Shown: positions 12,430-23,889 of the stretch, piece after piece
How the letters are laid out: every line of letters starts with the position of its first letter
Numbering within the stretch: the first letter of the stretch is position 1
Source: Mizuhopecten yessoensis
Taxonomy: Eukaryota
DNA: 64,000 nt
Assembly: GCF_002113885.1 (NCBI RefSeq)
Contig: NW_018408710.1
Coordinates: 491,902 to 555,901, forward strand
Direction: 5' to 3'
Translations under genes and position numbers: made by a program
Notes under the pieces: model-generated
Seen by the model: the letters and a program-made list of their open reading frames with translations, nothing else
The model's database searches: none
What the model was told of the DNA's origin: nothing

Positions 12430-14433
12430 TTAAACAAGCTGGAACACATGTACAGTGTTCTGATCCAGCGATCCGTTTGTGATCACTACTCTGTCAGCAC
12501 ATACAGAAATCGCCCTCGGCTGCTGTATTCCATCTGATGACGTCAGTAGTTCCCTGACGTTTGTCCCGTCCCCGGACATCTGTATGACGTTGTGAGAATC
12601 AAAGCCACAAACGTACACGTTGTTTTCCCTGTCCACGTCTATTCCTGTTGCATGCTTCAAAATCCCTGGTTTCATTACGTCCGTGCTCGAGCCGTCTGAA
12701 AGTCTAGTCACGGCAGATTCGTTAGGATTTTTGGTATGGAGACTGGCAAAGACGTGTCCACTATGATGATCGCTAGCGAGGTGCAAGCACATTGTTTTTA
12801 ATGTGTGAAGTTGTGATGTTATCCCATCTTTTCTTGATACGCTATAAAGTGATGTATCTGTGCCGACGACAAACCTGTTATTCCGGTATGTTATACCATA
12901 GCATCTTTTAGTCGTCATTGGCAACTTAATTGTTGATGTAAGGGTCAACTTTAAGTCCTCCACACTGACTATACATATGGTGTGCTCCCGCAGCATCACT
13001 GCTACTGTGTTGTCGTCAACTTGACATAGATCTACAGGCGTCCCATCCATACTGATGTTACATAGGAAGTCTCCGTTTTCTGTAAATTGCTTGATATTTT
13101 TGTTCGCCCAGTCCCCTAAGACAATGAAACCACCATGTAGGTATACAATCCCACAGGAAAAGCTGTCTGATTTATCAGAAGGAAGTTTGATATTGAACTT
13201 TCCCATAATCCTCAGTTGTCTTTCAGACAATGGCACACTCAAGGTAGTTGTAGGCAGATTTCTCTGTTGTTTATCAACAACTATCTTCCCCATGGTCAGA
13301 TCGGTGTTTGTGTCGAAGGTTTGCGTGTCATACTCATGTCTCAGGGTGGTGGATACTGACGATTTCTCCAGTTCCTGTATCAGTCCCTTACAGGATGCGA
13401 CCTCAGCTCGCCCTCTCTGAAACAGACAAATCGTCCCTACAGTGTTGTCTGTCATTGTTGCTTCTTCGGATGACGTCAATGTGTTCTGCATAGCGAACAT
13501 CAGCCGTTCACATTGCTGTCTCGATAATTCCAGATTTGCCTTTTCGTCCTTAAAGTGTGTTATCAGTTTATCCGTCAGCTCTTTCTGTAGCGTATCGAAC
13601 ATCCGATCAATGTTTTGGCGTAGATCTGTTAAACTTTTCAGTGCAGTGTCTTGATCATAGGAAATGGACTGAAGTTGTTCGCCAATATCTTTAATCAGCG
13701 TCTCCATGGCTTCTGTGCATTTATGAAGCAGGTCCATTAGATCATCAATCTTGGAGCTGTTTCTGAGTTTGTCCCGCGACTCTTCTATCGACATTACCAC
13801 TTCACACTTCCTGTGGTCGACGATGATGCATTTGCTACATCCAAGGAGCTGGTGGTCCTCGCAGTAATACTCTATTTTCTCATCATGTTTCCCACAATCG
13901 TTAGGCGAGACCTCTCGACGCATTTTGGCTGACATGTTTACGTCCGCGATGTCCCTCGGTTCGCATTCTTCATGAAACATGTCATGGTGGTCTACTTTGC
14001 AAGCTGCACAGAAGAAAGTTTTGTACTGTTCGCACCAGAATTTCACTGGCACATTCATTTTTCCTTTCTTTGCGCAAGGTCTGCATGCTGTTGGCTCACT
14101 TGTCTTCTGCGACAGTTTGATCATTTCTACAGCAAAATGATTGGTTGGGAACTGTTCGGCCCAGGTTTCCTTAGCTTCTGATTGGTTCACAGGCTCAGTG
14201 ACCTTCCGGCAAACAGGACAGGAGAAAAAAGACGCTGACACCGTCTTACCTGAAAATTCTTTTGTGATGTAACTTCCCAGGCATTCCTGGCAGAACAAAT
14301 GCAGACAGGGCAGGGACTTGGGATGTCTCAGCTGCTCCAGACAGATGGGACATTCCAGTAGCTGGGAGTCCAGGGACTGGCGTCTTTCTCTTTCTATCGA
14401 CGACGGTTGATGACGTGGTCCACCTTCCGCCAT
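12430..14433 (-). CDS. TRIM (RING-Bbox1-Bbox2-coiled coil-NHL-like beta-propeller) E3 ubiquitin ligase, copy 2, 667 aa
   Basis: C3HC4 RING (CPICLEQLRHPKSLPCLHLFCQEC...CPVCR), B-boxes (CRPC...FCAAC...HH; CGKH...YYCEDHQLLGCSKCIIVDHRKC), heptad region, and propeller blades (GIDVDRENNVYVC, PRAISV). The ORF is intact and encoded in one exon. Confidence 0.93.
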   Translation of the reverse strand: MAEGGPRHQPSSIERERRQSLDSQLLECPICLEQLRHPKSLPCLHLFCQECLGSYITKEFSGKTVSASFFSCPVCRKVTEPVNQSEAKETWAEQFPTNHFAVEMIKLSQKTSEPTACRPCAKKGKMNVPVKFWCEQYKTFFCAACKVDHHDMFHEECEPRDIADVNMSAKMRREVSPNDCGKHDEKIEYYCEDHQLLGCSKCIIVDHRKCEVVMSIEESRDKLRNSSKIDDLMDLLHKCTEAMETLIKDIGEQLQSISYDQDTALKSLTDLRQNIDRMFDTLQKELTDKLITHFKDEKANLELSRQQCERLMFAMQNTLTSSEEATMTDNTVGTICLFQRGRAEVASCKGLIQELEKSSVSTTLRHEYDTQTFDTNTDLTMGKIVVDKQQRNLPTTTLSVPLSERQLRIMGKFNIKLPSDKSDSFSCGIVYLHGGFIVLGDWANKNIKQFTENGDFLCNISMDGTPVDLCQVDDNTVAVMLREHTICIVSVEDLKLTLTSTIKLPMTTKRCYGITYRNNRFVVGTDTSLYSVSRKDGITSQLHTLKTMCLHLASDHHSGHVFASLHTKNPNESAVTRLSDGSSTDVMKPGILKHATGIDVDRENNVYVCGFDSHNVIQMSGDGTNVRELLTSSDGIQQPRAISVCADRVVITNGSLDQNTVHVFQLV

Positions 14434-14889
14434 ACTTACTGGGGCGTCTCTGATACGATATTACCTTGAACAGAAAGAGATGATTTTAAAATATTAACTA
14501 CATACATATGTGGCACCTCGTTACATTTGTCAATTGATTTTAACTCTTTATATTCCTAAGATTAAGTTAAAATATATTGAGTCTAATCAGTATTACTTTG
14601 TATAATATTGTTTCGTCGAATTTAATCAGTAATCGGCGCTCCGCATCCGCAGTCGGCTAGTCTCGTGTGTTACTTTCGTTTTGATTGGAATGTATGTGAG
14701 TGTGACGTAATTGTGTATGTTATTGTATACCTGTTTGACCAATGACAAACTGACCTCTGACACCTGTCGCATTGCATGATGTTTCCCGCGTTAATGTTTT
14801 CTTCGCTTGCTTCTCTATCCTTTCTTTTCTATTCACTTCCTATCTGCTCCTCGTAGAGGCAACATCCCCATATAAATATACCTTACAGA

Positions 14890-15817
14890 TTAAAAACATA
14901 AATTTTTCAGATCGTCCGCTGGGCCTTTCTGCCTTCTAGGGCTTCTTCAAGCCTTTATCAACGTTGGTTGCATGACGTCATCAATATTTGTATAGTCAAC
15001 AATTTTAGTGACGTCATAAATAAACAAGCATAGTGATGTCACAAACAATACCAAGACAAAGAAAACATCTACATACAATACATTGCAAAAATCATTGTGC
15101 ATTCAAGCTGGGTTTGAGGACTTTTATAAACATATTTTCTTTAATTTCTTTTGCAACTACATCGTCGCTATTCAGTTTGTTAATAGGTAACACATAAAAA
15201 TCATCTTTAAAACATTGATGCTGATATTTGCTACCTTTTAAAAATCTTAGTTCATTGTCCTTCATTTGTTATCTATGTACATTCATTCGTATTCTCAATT
15301 CACATCCGGTCTGTCCGATATAAAATTCACCACATTGTGTACATATTAAAGAGTAAATAACATTCTTAGAATTACAGTTAATGTCTGATCTAATTTCTAT
15401 TTTGGAACCATTTGCAAAAACGTAGTCTTTACATTCAATAATAATCTTACATGTACATAATGTACCACACCTTGGTTTCTTACATTATTTTACACCAGTG
15501 ACAACATTTGTGGTATTCAAGTCAAATTTGGATGTACATAGTAAACGTTTCAAGTTTTTAGGTTGTCTTTTACAGTTTATAATCTTCTTCTTATCAAAAA
15601 TACACTTCATGTTCTCACTGTTTTAAAATACACTTCATGTTCTTACTGTTTTTCATAAAATTTACAAAATGTTTAACGACAGGAAACATATTACAATTAT
15701 TTGGATTGTAAGTAGTAACAAATGGTATGATATCAGTATCTTTGGTGTTAGCTCTTTCTAAATTAACACTGACAGGGCCTTTCTCTTTAGCTCTTTGTAT
15801 GGCATTTAGTACCACTT
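14890..15817 (-). mobile_element. 5'-truncated Penelope-like retroelement (RT C-terminus plus GIY-YIG endonuclease), degenerate
   Basis: Minus-strand translation gives IPFVTTYNP and NCNSKNVIYSLICTQCGEFYIGQT, with stops. It is absent from the equivalent site in copy 1 and is flanked by an 11-bp direct repeat TACCTTACAGA (14879-14889, 15818-15828). Confidence 0.88.
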
Positions 15818-16554
15818 TACCTTACAGAATATAGAGAGATATACGTACAGAACTTTTCAACATGATTATACTAGTGGATCCCCGGGGGGTACCACATACA
15901 GAGTAAGCTATAAGTCAACTAAGCTATTGCTAAACTTAATAGATAATAAACTTATTTGGAATTGCTATAATTTTTCGTAAATTTCTCAAATATACTATGA
16001 GTGTGGTTATTTGGCTAGGTGAATACGTATACTTTCCTGATTTAACACCGATATTTTACTTCGGTGTAGGTTACTAAATGTTATATCCAGTGTTATGTGA
16101 ACCATATTCATGTGTAGTTTTCTAGGCTACTTCTTTAAATAATTGTTTTATCACTTTAGCTTTTAAAAAGTATCGTGCGTTTCAATGTAAATTGTCCATT
16201 TGATAAATGTATTGTTAGGCGAGTTCGTTTCTGTATATTGTCTCATGTGTGTTAAATATTGTTACAGGGAAATAAATAACCCACTGAAATCAAGGCATTT
16301 GGTACTCGTCGTCTTCTGATAGAGAACCCAAACACCACACATACACCGTTTTTTGAAAATCAGTTTGACCGAGACGGAGACAATTGTAAGAGCCTGAACC
16401 ATGTGTCATCGATTCTTAATAACCTCGATCTCATCTTGCATGTAACCATCAGCGGAGAAGGTATTACAGTGATACAGGAAAGATGGCTCTTAACTTTATA
16501 CCAGTCTAATCATGTTATTTATAATGTTTAAATGAGTAGGAAAAGGACCATATA

Positions 16555-16945
16555 TTATCACACCCTTCACAGGCGTGTCTCCCTTTTTAGCCGGGAAAGA
16601 TAAGCTTGTCACCCCCTAGGGGGAGATAGCCTCGTGCCGATTAGCACGTGTTCAATTGTGAGGTTATCAAAAGTGAATGACGATATGCATACCCCACATG
16701 TGTTTTTGTTTACAAACATGGAAGACTACTGTCGGTGGAGCTCTGACTGAAATAATAGGATGGGAGAAAAATAATCATCCCCTACGCATACCTTGAGGGT
16801 GTAAAAGAGAAACCTCCAACCCTCGGGGTGATTTTTTTGGTTGTCTTACCCTCGGCAGAGCCTCGGGTTAGACAACCAAAAAACATCACCCCGAGGGTTG
16901 GAGATTTCTCTGTCACACCCTTAAGGTAGGGGATGATTCTATTAA
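16555..16945. mobile_element. Non-autonomous element ending in a long palindrome (truncated duplicate at ~2848-3175)
   Basis: ~80-bp imperfect inverted arms (16773-16940) around the loop ctcggcagagcctcg. Confidence 0.6.
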
Positions 16946-18022
16946 TCAGCACTATTTCCCTTTGAAGTTTGAGCCCCTACAAATACAGGCACGATAGGTA
17001 AACCTATAACTTATAGCATTCACATTCAGTTAATAATAATTACGTGTATATTGATTTATAAATACATAGTTTCTTTATTTTCCAACAATATAAAACCACT
17101 TTTCCCAACCTATTTTAACTGCTCTTGTTGCCCCTGGAAGCGTGCGGAAACCGAAGGTGGGGCAGGTGACCCAATACCTTTTGGTTGTCCGATCGGAGAA
17201 TTGAACCCCGGCCGTCTTGGTGAATGGCGAGTGAGTGATCATGAGTGCGCAAACTACTTTCAGTCGAGTCCCTCATGTGTAAAACACATCCGTAACATTA
17301 TTTCAGTAATCAGTATAATCCATGTAGCACTTTTAAATAGTTACCCAGAATATAAATGCTACTAATGCTACACTAATTCATCCTAACCAAACCATTGGAG
17401 CTTTAAATGTATGGGTAGAACTACAATCCATGTAGCACTTTTAATTACTCATACATGAGCCAAACCATTATCCTTAACCCCATTCAGCATTCCAAAGCAA
17501 GTCCATGAAGCGTATATAATGTAGGTCAAATTCAGTGCGCGGAACATGCACTTAAGGTAAAATCACTTGCTGCATCAGTGATGCAGGTATAATCTATGTA
17601 GCATAGTTTCCCAGATATGACTAAACAAGTATTCCTAACCAGCCTCACGGGCGGCAGTCGAAGGGACGGAACGTTGGACGCCATTTTAATATCCCGTAAC
17701 ACGTTTGTCACGTAGGGTATCATAACTGGTAAAGTCATCACGAATATAGAGATGTACATTGTATATATCTTGTTGAGGAATATCAGATATCATCCAAACG
17801 GATGAAAAAATTGATATTTCAGCAAATTATTAATTTTTCGAGCGGAAATAAATTCGTTATGATGTACTTTCGTTTCACATATATCTATCATTATGATGTC
17901 ATACAACTCTATTTATAATACTTCCTGAAATAAATAAAGACATACAAAGAAATAAAGTTATTTAGCTTTTACATATGCTTAGTACAGATGTACCATGAGT
18001 TCTTCTTTATCTGTGTACTTAC

Positions 18023-18160
18023 GTTTTAGTCTTTGTTTAAGCGACCAGTACAGCTTCCTTCCTCGTCACGCTTATCATCATTTGACCCTTGGAATTCGAC
18101 CTTTGTATGTCTAAATCTTAAACCGGAATACACGAATCACCCGTCTGAAGTCCGGAAATA
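18023..18160 (-). promoter_or_regulatory. Putative non-coding exon 1 and core promoter of TRIM copy 2 (intron 14465-18022)
   Basis: Same acceptor and GTAAGT donor as copy 1. Confidence 0.55.
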
Positions 18161-19309
18161 TACACGTATGCGTACAGTATGCTCATGTTCAGTTATTATT
18201 GGTTTCAGGTATTGTTTTATAAAATGTAATAGTTTAAATGTTATGTAGTATATAATTGTGATATATACATTGTAATACGTAATATTGTGATAATGGTGTC
18301 TCATAGGTCAACACTGGCCGGACATTTCTTATGCATAGTTTTTAAACACTGTAAAAAGTATTTGATGGTACATGCATGTATTTAAATGTGTGACACGTTA
18401 ATTAAATATTTATTATTATATCATTAATATCATGTAATATGAATAAAATAAATAAATTGATTCCTAATCAGTGTTAAAGAGAAACATATCCGGTACAGTA
18501 ATTATTATCTCGATATCAACAGTACGTACGGTGGTGCTAGCACGTGTTTCAGCCGGTAGCTTTTTTTAAGCTTACGTTGTTGTTATGGTAATGTAATACA
18601 TTATCATTGATAGCAAGTGACTGTAATCAACAACAAATTACTTCAAAAGAATTTCAAAAGCATTTCTCTGTGATTTTAGAGTACGGAAAGTGATGACCTG
18701 ACTTTAATTTCTTACATTTTATAAAATTGTGTTTCGTTTTAAATGAATGTGTAAAACAATTTTTTGAAAAAGTGTGTGTTTGCGATGTTTATTAAAAGTC
18801 CCCTGCTTGCATACATCCAGGCCGATAAAAATATAGTTAAAATAAGCTAACAAAAATAACTTGTTTCATAATGGTTGTTAAATAAATAATTTCTTCAAAA
18901 ATAAAATAATAATTACTGCAAATTTCGGCTTTAAGGGATTAGGTGGTCCTAAATGTGTGACTCCATTAGATTTCCGACGTTTCATAGTCTATTCCTAGGT
19001 GTTGATCTCACTTATTCTTTATTCTTTTATACATTGTAGATCTTAACTTGTAAATTGAGATAATAGTTGTTCAGATATCTGTACATGTATATACTTATCG
19101 CTGAGTGTTGTTATATTGTTCTTAATACCAGTATACTTTTAGAAATGTAAATATTTGGATTTTGTACTAAGGGAACGGTACAGCGTCAGCTAATTATATA
19201 TAACCCTGTACATGGCGGATGGTAACGCACGTACTGATACAAAACAGCAATATATATTCACAAAACGTGCCATACACAGGTTGAGGTGGGGAAAGAGGTG
19301 GTGGTTGTC

Positions 19310-21132
19310 GGGAAGGGAAGGGAGGGGAGTCAGGTTCATTTTGGATTGGTTAGGGTTGGGAGGGGGAGGGGATTTAGGTTCGTTTTGGTTTGGTTAGGGT
19401 TGGGAGGGGGAAGGGGGGGGGGNNNNNNNNNNNNNNNNNNNNNNNNNNNNNNNNNNNNNNNNNNNNNNNNNNNNNNNNNNNNNNNNNNNNNNNNNNNNNN
19501 NNNNNNNNNNNNNNNNGGATTCAGGTTCGTTTTGGTTTGGTTAGGGTTGGGAGGGGGTTAGGATTCAGGTTCGTTTTGGTTTGGTAAGGGTTGGGAGGGG
19601 GAAGGGGGGGCGGGGTCAGATTCGTTTTGGTTTGGTTAGGGTTGGAAAGAGGGATGTGATTCAGGTTCGTTTTGGTTCGGTTAGGGTTGGGAGGGGGTTA
19701 GGATTCAGGTTCGTTTTGGTTTGGTTAGGGTTGGGAGGGGGTTAGGACTCGGGTTCGTTTTGGTTTGGTTAGGGTTGGGAAGGGGAGGGGGTTCAGATTC
19801 GTATTGGTTTGGTTAGGGTTGGGAAGGGAAGGGTGGTTCAGATTCGTTTCGGTTTGGTTAGGTTTGGGAGGGGGAGGGGATTCAGGTTCGTTTTGGTTTG
19901 GTTAGGGTTGGGAGGGGGTTAGGATTCAGGTTCGTTTTGGTTTGGTTAGGGTTGGGAAGGGGGTTCAGATTCGTTTTGGTTTGGTTAGGGTTGGGAGGGG
20001 GATGGGATTCAGGTTCGTTTTGGTTTGGTTAGGGTTGGGAGGGGGTTAGGATTCAGGTTCGTTTTGGTTTGGTTAGGGTTGGGAAGGGGAGGGGGTTCAG
20101 ATTCGTATTGGTTTGGTTAGGGTTTGGAGGGGGATGGGATTCAGGTTCGTTTTAATTTGGTTGGGGTTGGGAGGGGGTTAGGATTCAGGTTCGTTTTGAT
20201 TTGGTTAGGGTTGGTGGGGGGTTAGGATTCAGGTTCGTTTTGGTTTGGTTAGGGTTGGGAAGGGGGTTCAGATTCGTTTTGGTTTGGTTAGGGTTGGGAG
20301 GGGGATGGGATTCAGGTTCGTTTTGGTTTGGTTAGGGTTGGGAGGGGGTTAGGATTCAGGTTCGTTTTGGTTTGGTTAGGGTTGGGAAGGGGAGGGGGTT
20401 CAGATTCGTATTGGTTTGGTTAGGGTTTGGAGGGGGATGGGATTCAGGTTCGTTTTAATTTGGTTGGGGTTGGGAGGGGGTTAGGATTCAGGTTCGTTTT
20501 GATTTGGTTAGGGTTGGTGGGGGGTTAGGATTCAGGTTCGTTTTGGTTTGGTTAGGGTTGGGAAGGGGGTTCAGATTCGTTTTGGTTTGGTTAGGGTTGG
20601 GAGGGGGATGGGATTCAGGTTCGTTTTGGTTTGGTTAGGGTTGGGAGGGGGTTAGGATTCAGGTTCGTTTTGGTTTGGTTAGGGTTGGGAAGGGGAGGGG
20701 GTTCAGATTCGTATTGGTTTGGTTAGGGTTTGGAGGGGGATGGGATTCAGGTTCGTTTTAATTTGGTTGGGGTTGGGAGGGGGTTAGGATTCAGGTTCGT
20801 TTTGATTTGGTTAGGGTTGGTGGGGGGTTAGGATTCAGGTTCGTTTTGGTTTGGTTAGGGTTGGGAAGGGGGTTCAGATTCGTTTTGGTTTGGTTAGGGT
20901 TGGGAGGGGGATGGGATTCAGGTTCGTTTTGGTTTGGTTAGGGTTGGGAGGGGGTTAGGATTCAGGTTCGTTTTGGTTTGGTTAGGGTTGGGAAGGGGAG
21001 GGGGTTCAGATTCGTATTGGTTTGGTTAGGGTTTGGAGGGGGATGGGATTCAGGTTCGTTTTAATTTGGTTGGGGTTGGGAGGGGGTTAGGATTCAGGTT
21101 CGTTTTGATTTGGTTAGGGTTGGTGGGGGGTT
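19310..21132 (+). repeat. G-rich 44-bp satellite with a 303-bp higher-order repeat
   Basis: Unit ggattcaggttcgttttggtttggttagggttgggagggggtta. A diagnostic variant recurs at 20148, 20451, 20754 and 21057. Contains the N gap. Confidence 0.92.
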
Positions 21133-22944
21133 NGAGTTTATCGCGGTAATAGGTTATTTCTTGCATTTTCAGTAGACATACTTAACTAACAGGACGGGTT
21201 CAAAAACTTCAAAGCAACATGGAAACTTCCGGTAACTGAAAATATAATGCAACGATGGCCTATATATTGTATATATATTTTCATTGTAATTTTCAAATAC
21301 ATTGTTATGTTAATTCCTTTTAATTTGTAAAATAATTAAAAAATCCACAATTGGTTCGAAAAAAAGGCGCGTTAAGTGATACTCATTGAAAACTGAGACT
21401 ACGGCATTCAGCTAGAAAAGACACTCGTTTGATCATGAATGGCAATAATCTGCACTGCAGGAATTTAAAATCCACATACACTTAGGTATTTATTTCTATT
21501 TAGGAATAGAACATACCACATTTAGATAACACCCGAACATAGAAATATTGTCCTTTGAAAAATCTCACAGCATATTCACACGAAGAATTAATATTTTCAC
21601 AACCAGTATCCATGAATTTCAAATCAAGCTGCTTTCACAAACATTTATATTTTTAATGTTTTGAGAGTACACTTGATTGAAAATATGAGTATATTATATG
21701 CACTCCAACCAAACGTCCATTATCTTGAGACCTAAAGAGTCGAAATCATTTCTACTGAATGAGACGTGTAAGCACGACAATTTTGTGTGGTATTTAGAGA
21801 TTTGGGGCCCTGTTTACAACACTGTTTGTGTTAATCCATGCGCATATATGCTTAAATATTTCTTTTGATTTGTAGTTGTTGCCTCATTGAAAACATAATT
21901 TGTGTTTTTTCTTTGATTTATTAGTACTTAATTTGTTATTGAAATCCTTTTAACATGCTTATTTGCATGTAATAGGATTTGTTTTTCTTTGTTTAAGTTA
22001 ATTATTTAGCTAACAAAATCCTACTAACATGCTTATTGCATCCAATCTATGTTATAGGATTTGTTTTTCTTTGTAAAAGTCACTTATTTAGCCGAAGAAA
22101 TTATACTAACATGCTTATTGCATCCAGTATATATAAAATCAGTTATTTTCGTGGTTTTTTTAAATAGCTTATCTCTGGTTTCAGAAAGCATACTCACACG
22201 TTTATTTGCATCCAATATTTTCAGTGACTTACTTAGATACAGAAACCCAATAAATATGCTTATTTGCATACAGTCTTAGTAATTGGAGCTAGCTCACTAT
22301 TGAGTTAATATAAATACAACCACCAATGGCGAAGATTTCATGATTGAGGAATTATTGAATACTTAAAACATACGGAGGAAATAATATTATGAATAGTAAT
22401 AATGGCTTTGTATTAATAAAGACACTCAAGTTTGTTTTGAAAAAAAATGATGTTTGTAAAACCAATAGATTTTTCATCTCATTTTGAGACTATCGTGGGT
22501 TCCGTAAAACCGACTTTGAAATTGAATTCGCCCAAATGTGTTTCAAAAGGTAATCTTCCTAAATTTCAAAAGGTTTTCGAGGTTTTCATTCTATGTTCAA
22601 ATATATAACTTACAACCAATCACTAAAACATTACACAAATGCGTAATAGCATAAATACCGTCGAATGACTGAGTTAAGCTAAAAATCAAATTTCATATAA
22701 ATTCAGTCAAGATAAGAATCAAATTTCATTTATATTCACTCAAGATAAGAATCAAATTTCATTAATATTCAGTCAAGATAAGAATCAAATTTCATTTATA
22801 TTCAGTCAAGATAAGAATCAAATTCATTCATATTCAGTCAGGATAAGAATCAAATTTCATTTATACATGAAATGTAAGGTATGTTTTACAAGTGCAGTGT
22901 ATATTAACTTGAATGGGCACTTTTACTCGACAACAGTCAATGTT

Positions 22945-23780
22945 GACATTAATGAAAAAAACTATTATCTGCTCCGACTCTTTGTCACTACTACAAAGTA
23001 TTAAAAACCGGAACTTTAACAACAATCTCGTACAAAATATTGCCCTTTGTATTAACAGAATCTTAGTTTTCTGTCAACTGATCTTGATTTGGATTCCAGG
23101 CCATGTCGGAATTAATGGAAATGAAAAAGTGGATACAGCTGCTAAGGCAGCACTTAACCTCAATACGAAAGATATTAAACTGCCTTATTTTGATTTTAAA
23201 CCTTGAATAGCGAATTTTATTAAAACGATATTGCAAAAGAAGTCGTCTGAAGAAACGAAAAATAAGTTAATTTTCAATTCAACCTAATGAAGCTATATGT
23301 TCATGTGCAAAAGGTAGTGCAGACCGCAGAGAGGAAGTTGTCCTCTCGCGACTACGCATAGACCATACCTACATCACACATAGTTATATTTTACGTAAAG
23401 AAGACCATCGTTACTGTCATGCATGTGATCAACCATTTACAGTCAAACATTTTATGATTGAATGCGCTGATTTCAAACAAATACGCGACAGATTTTATAA
23501 TATACCCTCCATGAAACGTTTATTTGATACGGTTTCTGTGCAATCAATCTATGATTATTTACATTCAATCAATCTCTATACGATATGATACATTTTTATA
23601 AACAATTCGTTTGTTATTGATATATTTTGACATCTTTTACACATTTTAACCTTTTCTTTCTGGTTTTTATGTACATGTATTCATTTTTTTGTCAATGCTT
23701 ATTTTTTTCATCGTTGTTTGGCTTTTATTGACTCAAAGTGTCGAGTGGTCGTTAAACAATAGAAAACAAAAAAACAAACA
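22945..23780 (+). mobile_element. Duplicated copy of the I-clade LINE fragment
   Basis: Near-identical to 8760-9600; duplicated along with the unit. Confidence 0.85.
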
Positions 23781-23889
23781 CGGTTTGTTTATTGTGATTC
23801 AACACCATGATACAAAAGGTTAGCCATTAAACCAGCCGTGTGGTGGTAAGTGCCGTATAAACAAGATGTTCAGTCAATATTTTAAAGCA

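Noticed and set aside
19310-21132. Telomere or interstitial telomeric array
   Set aside because: TTAGGG occurs only once per 44-bp unit and never in tandem.
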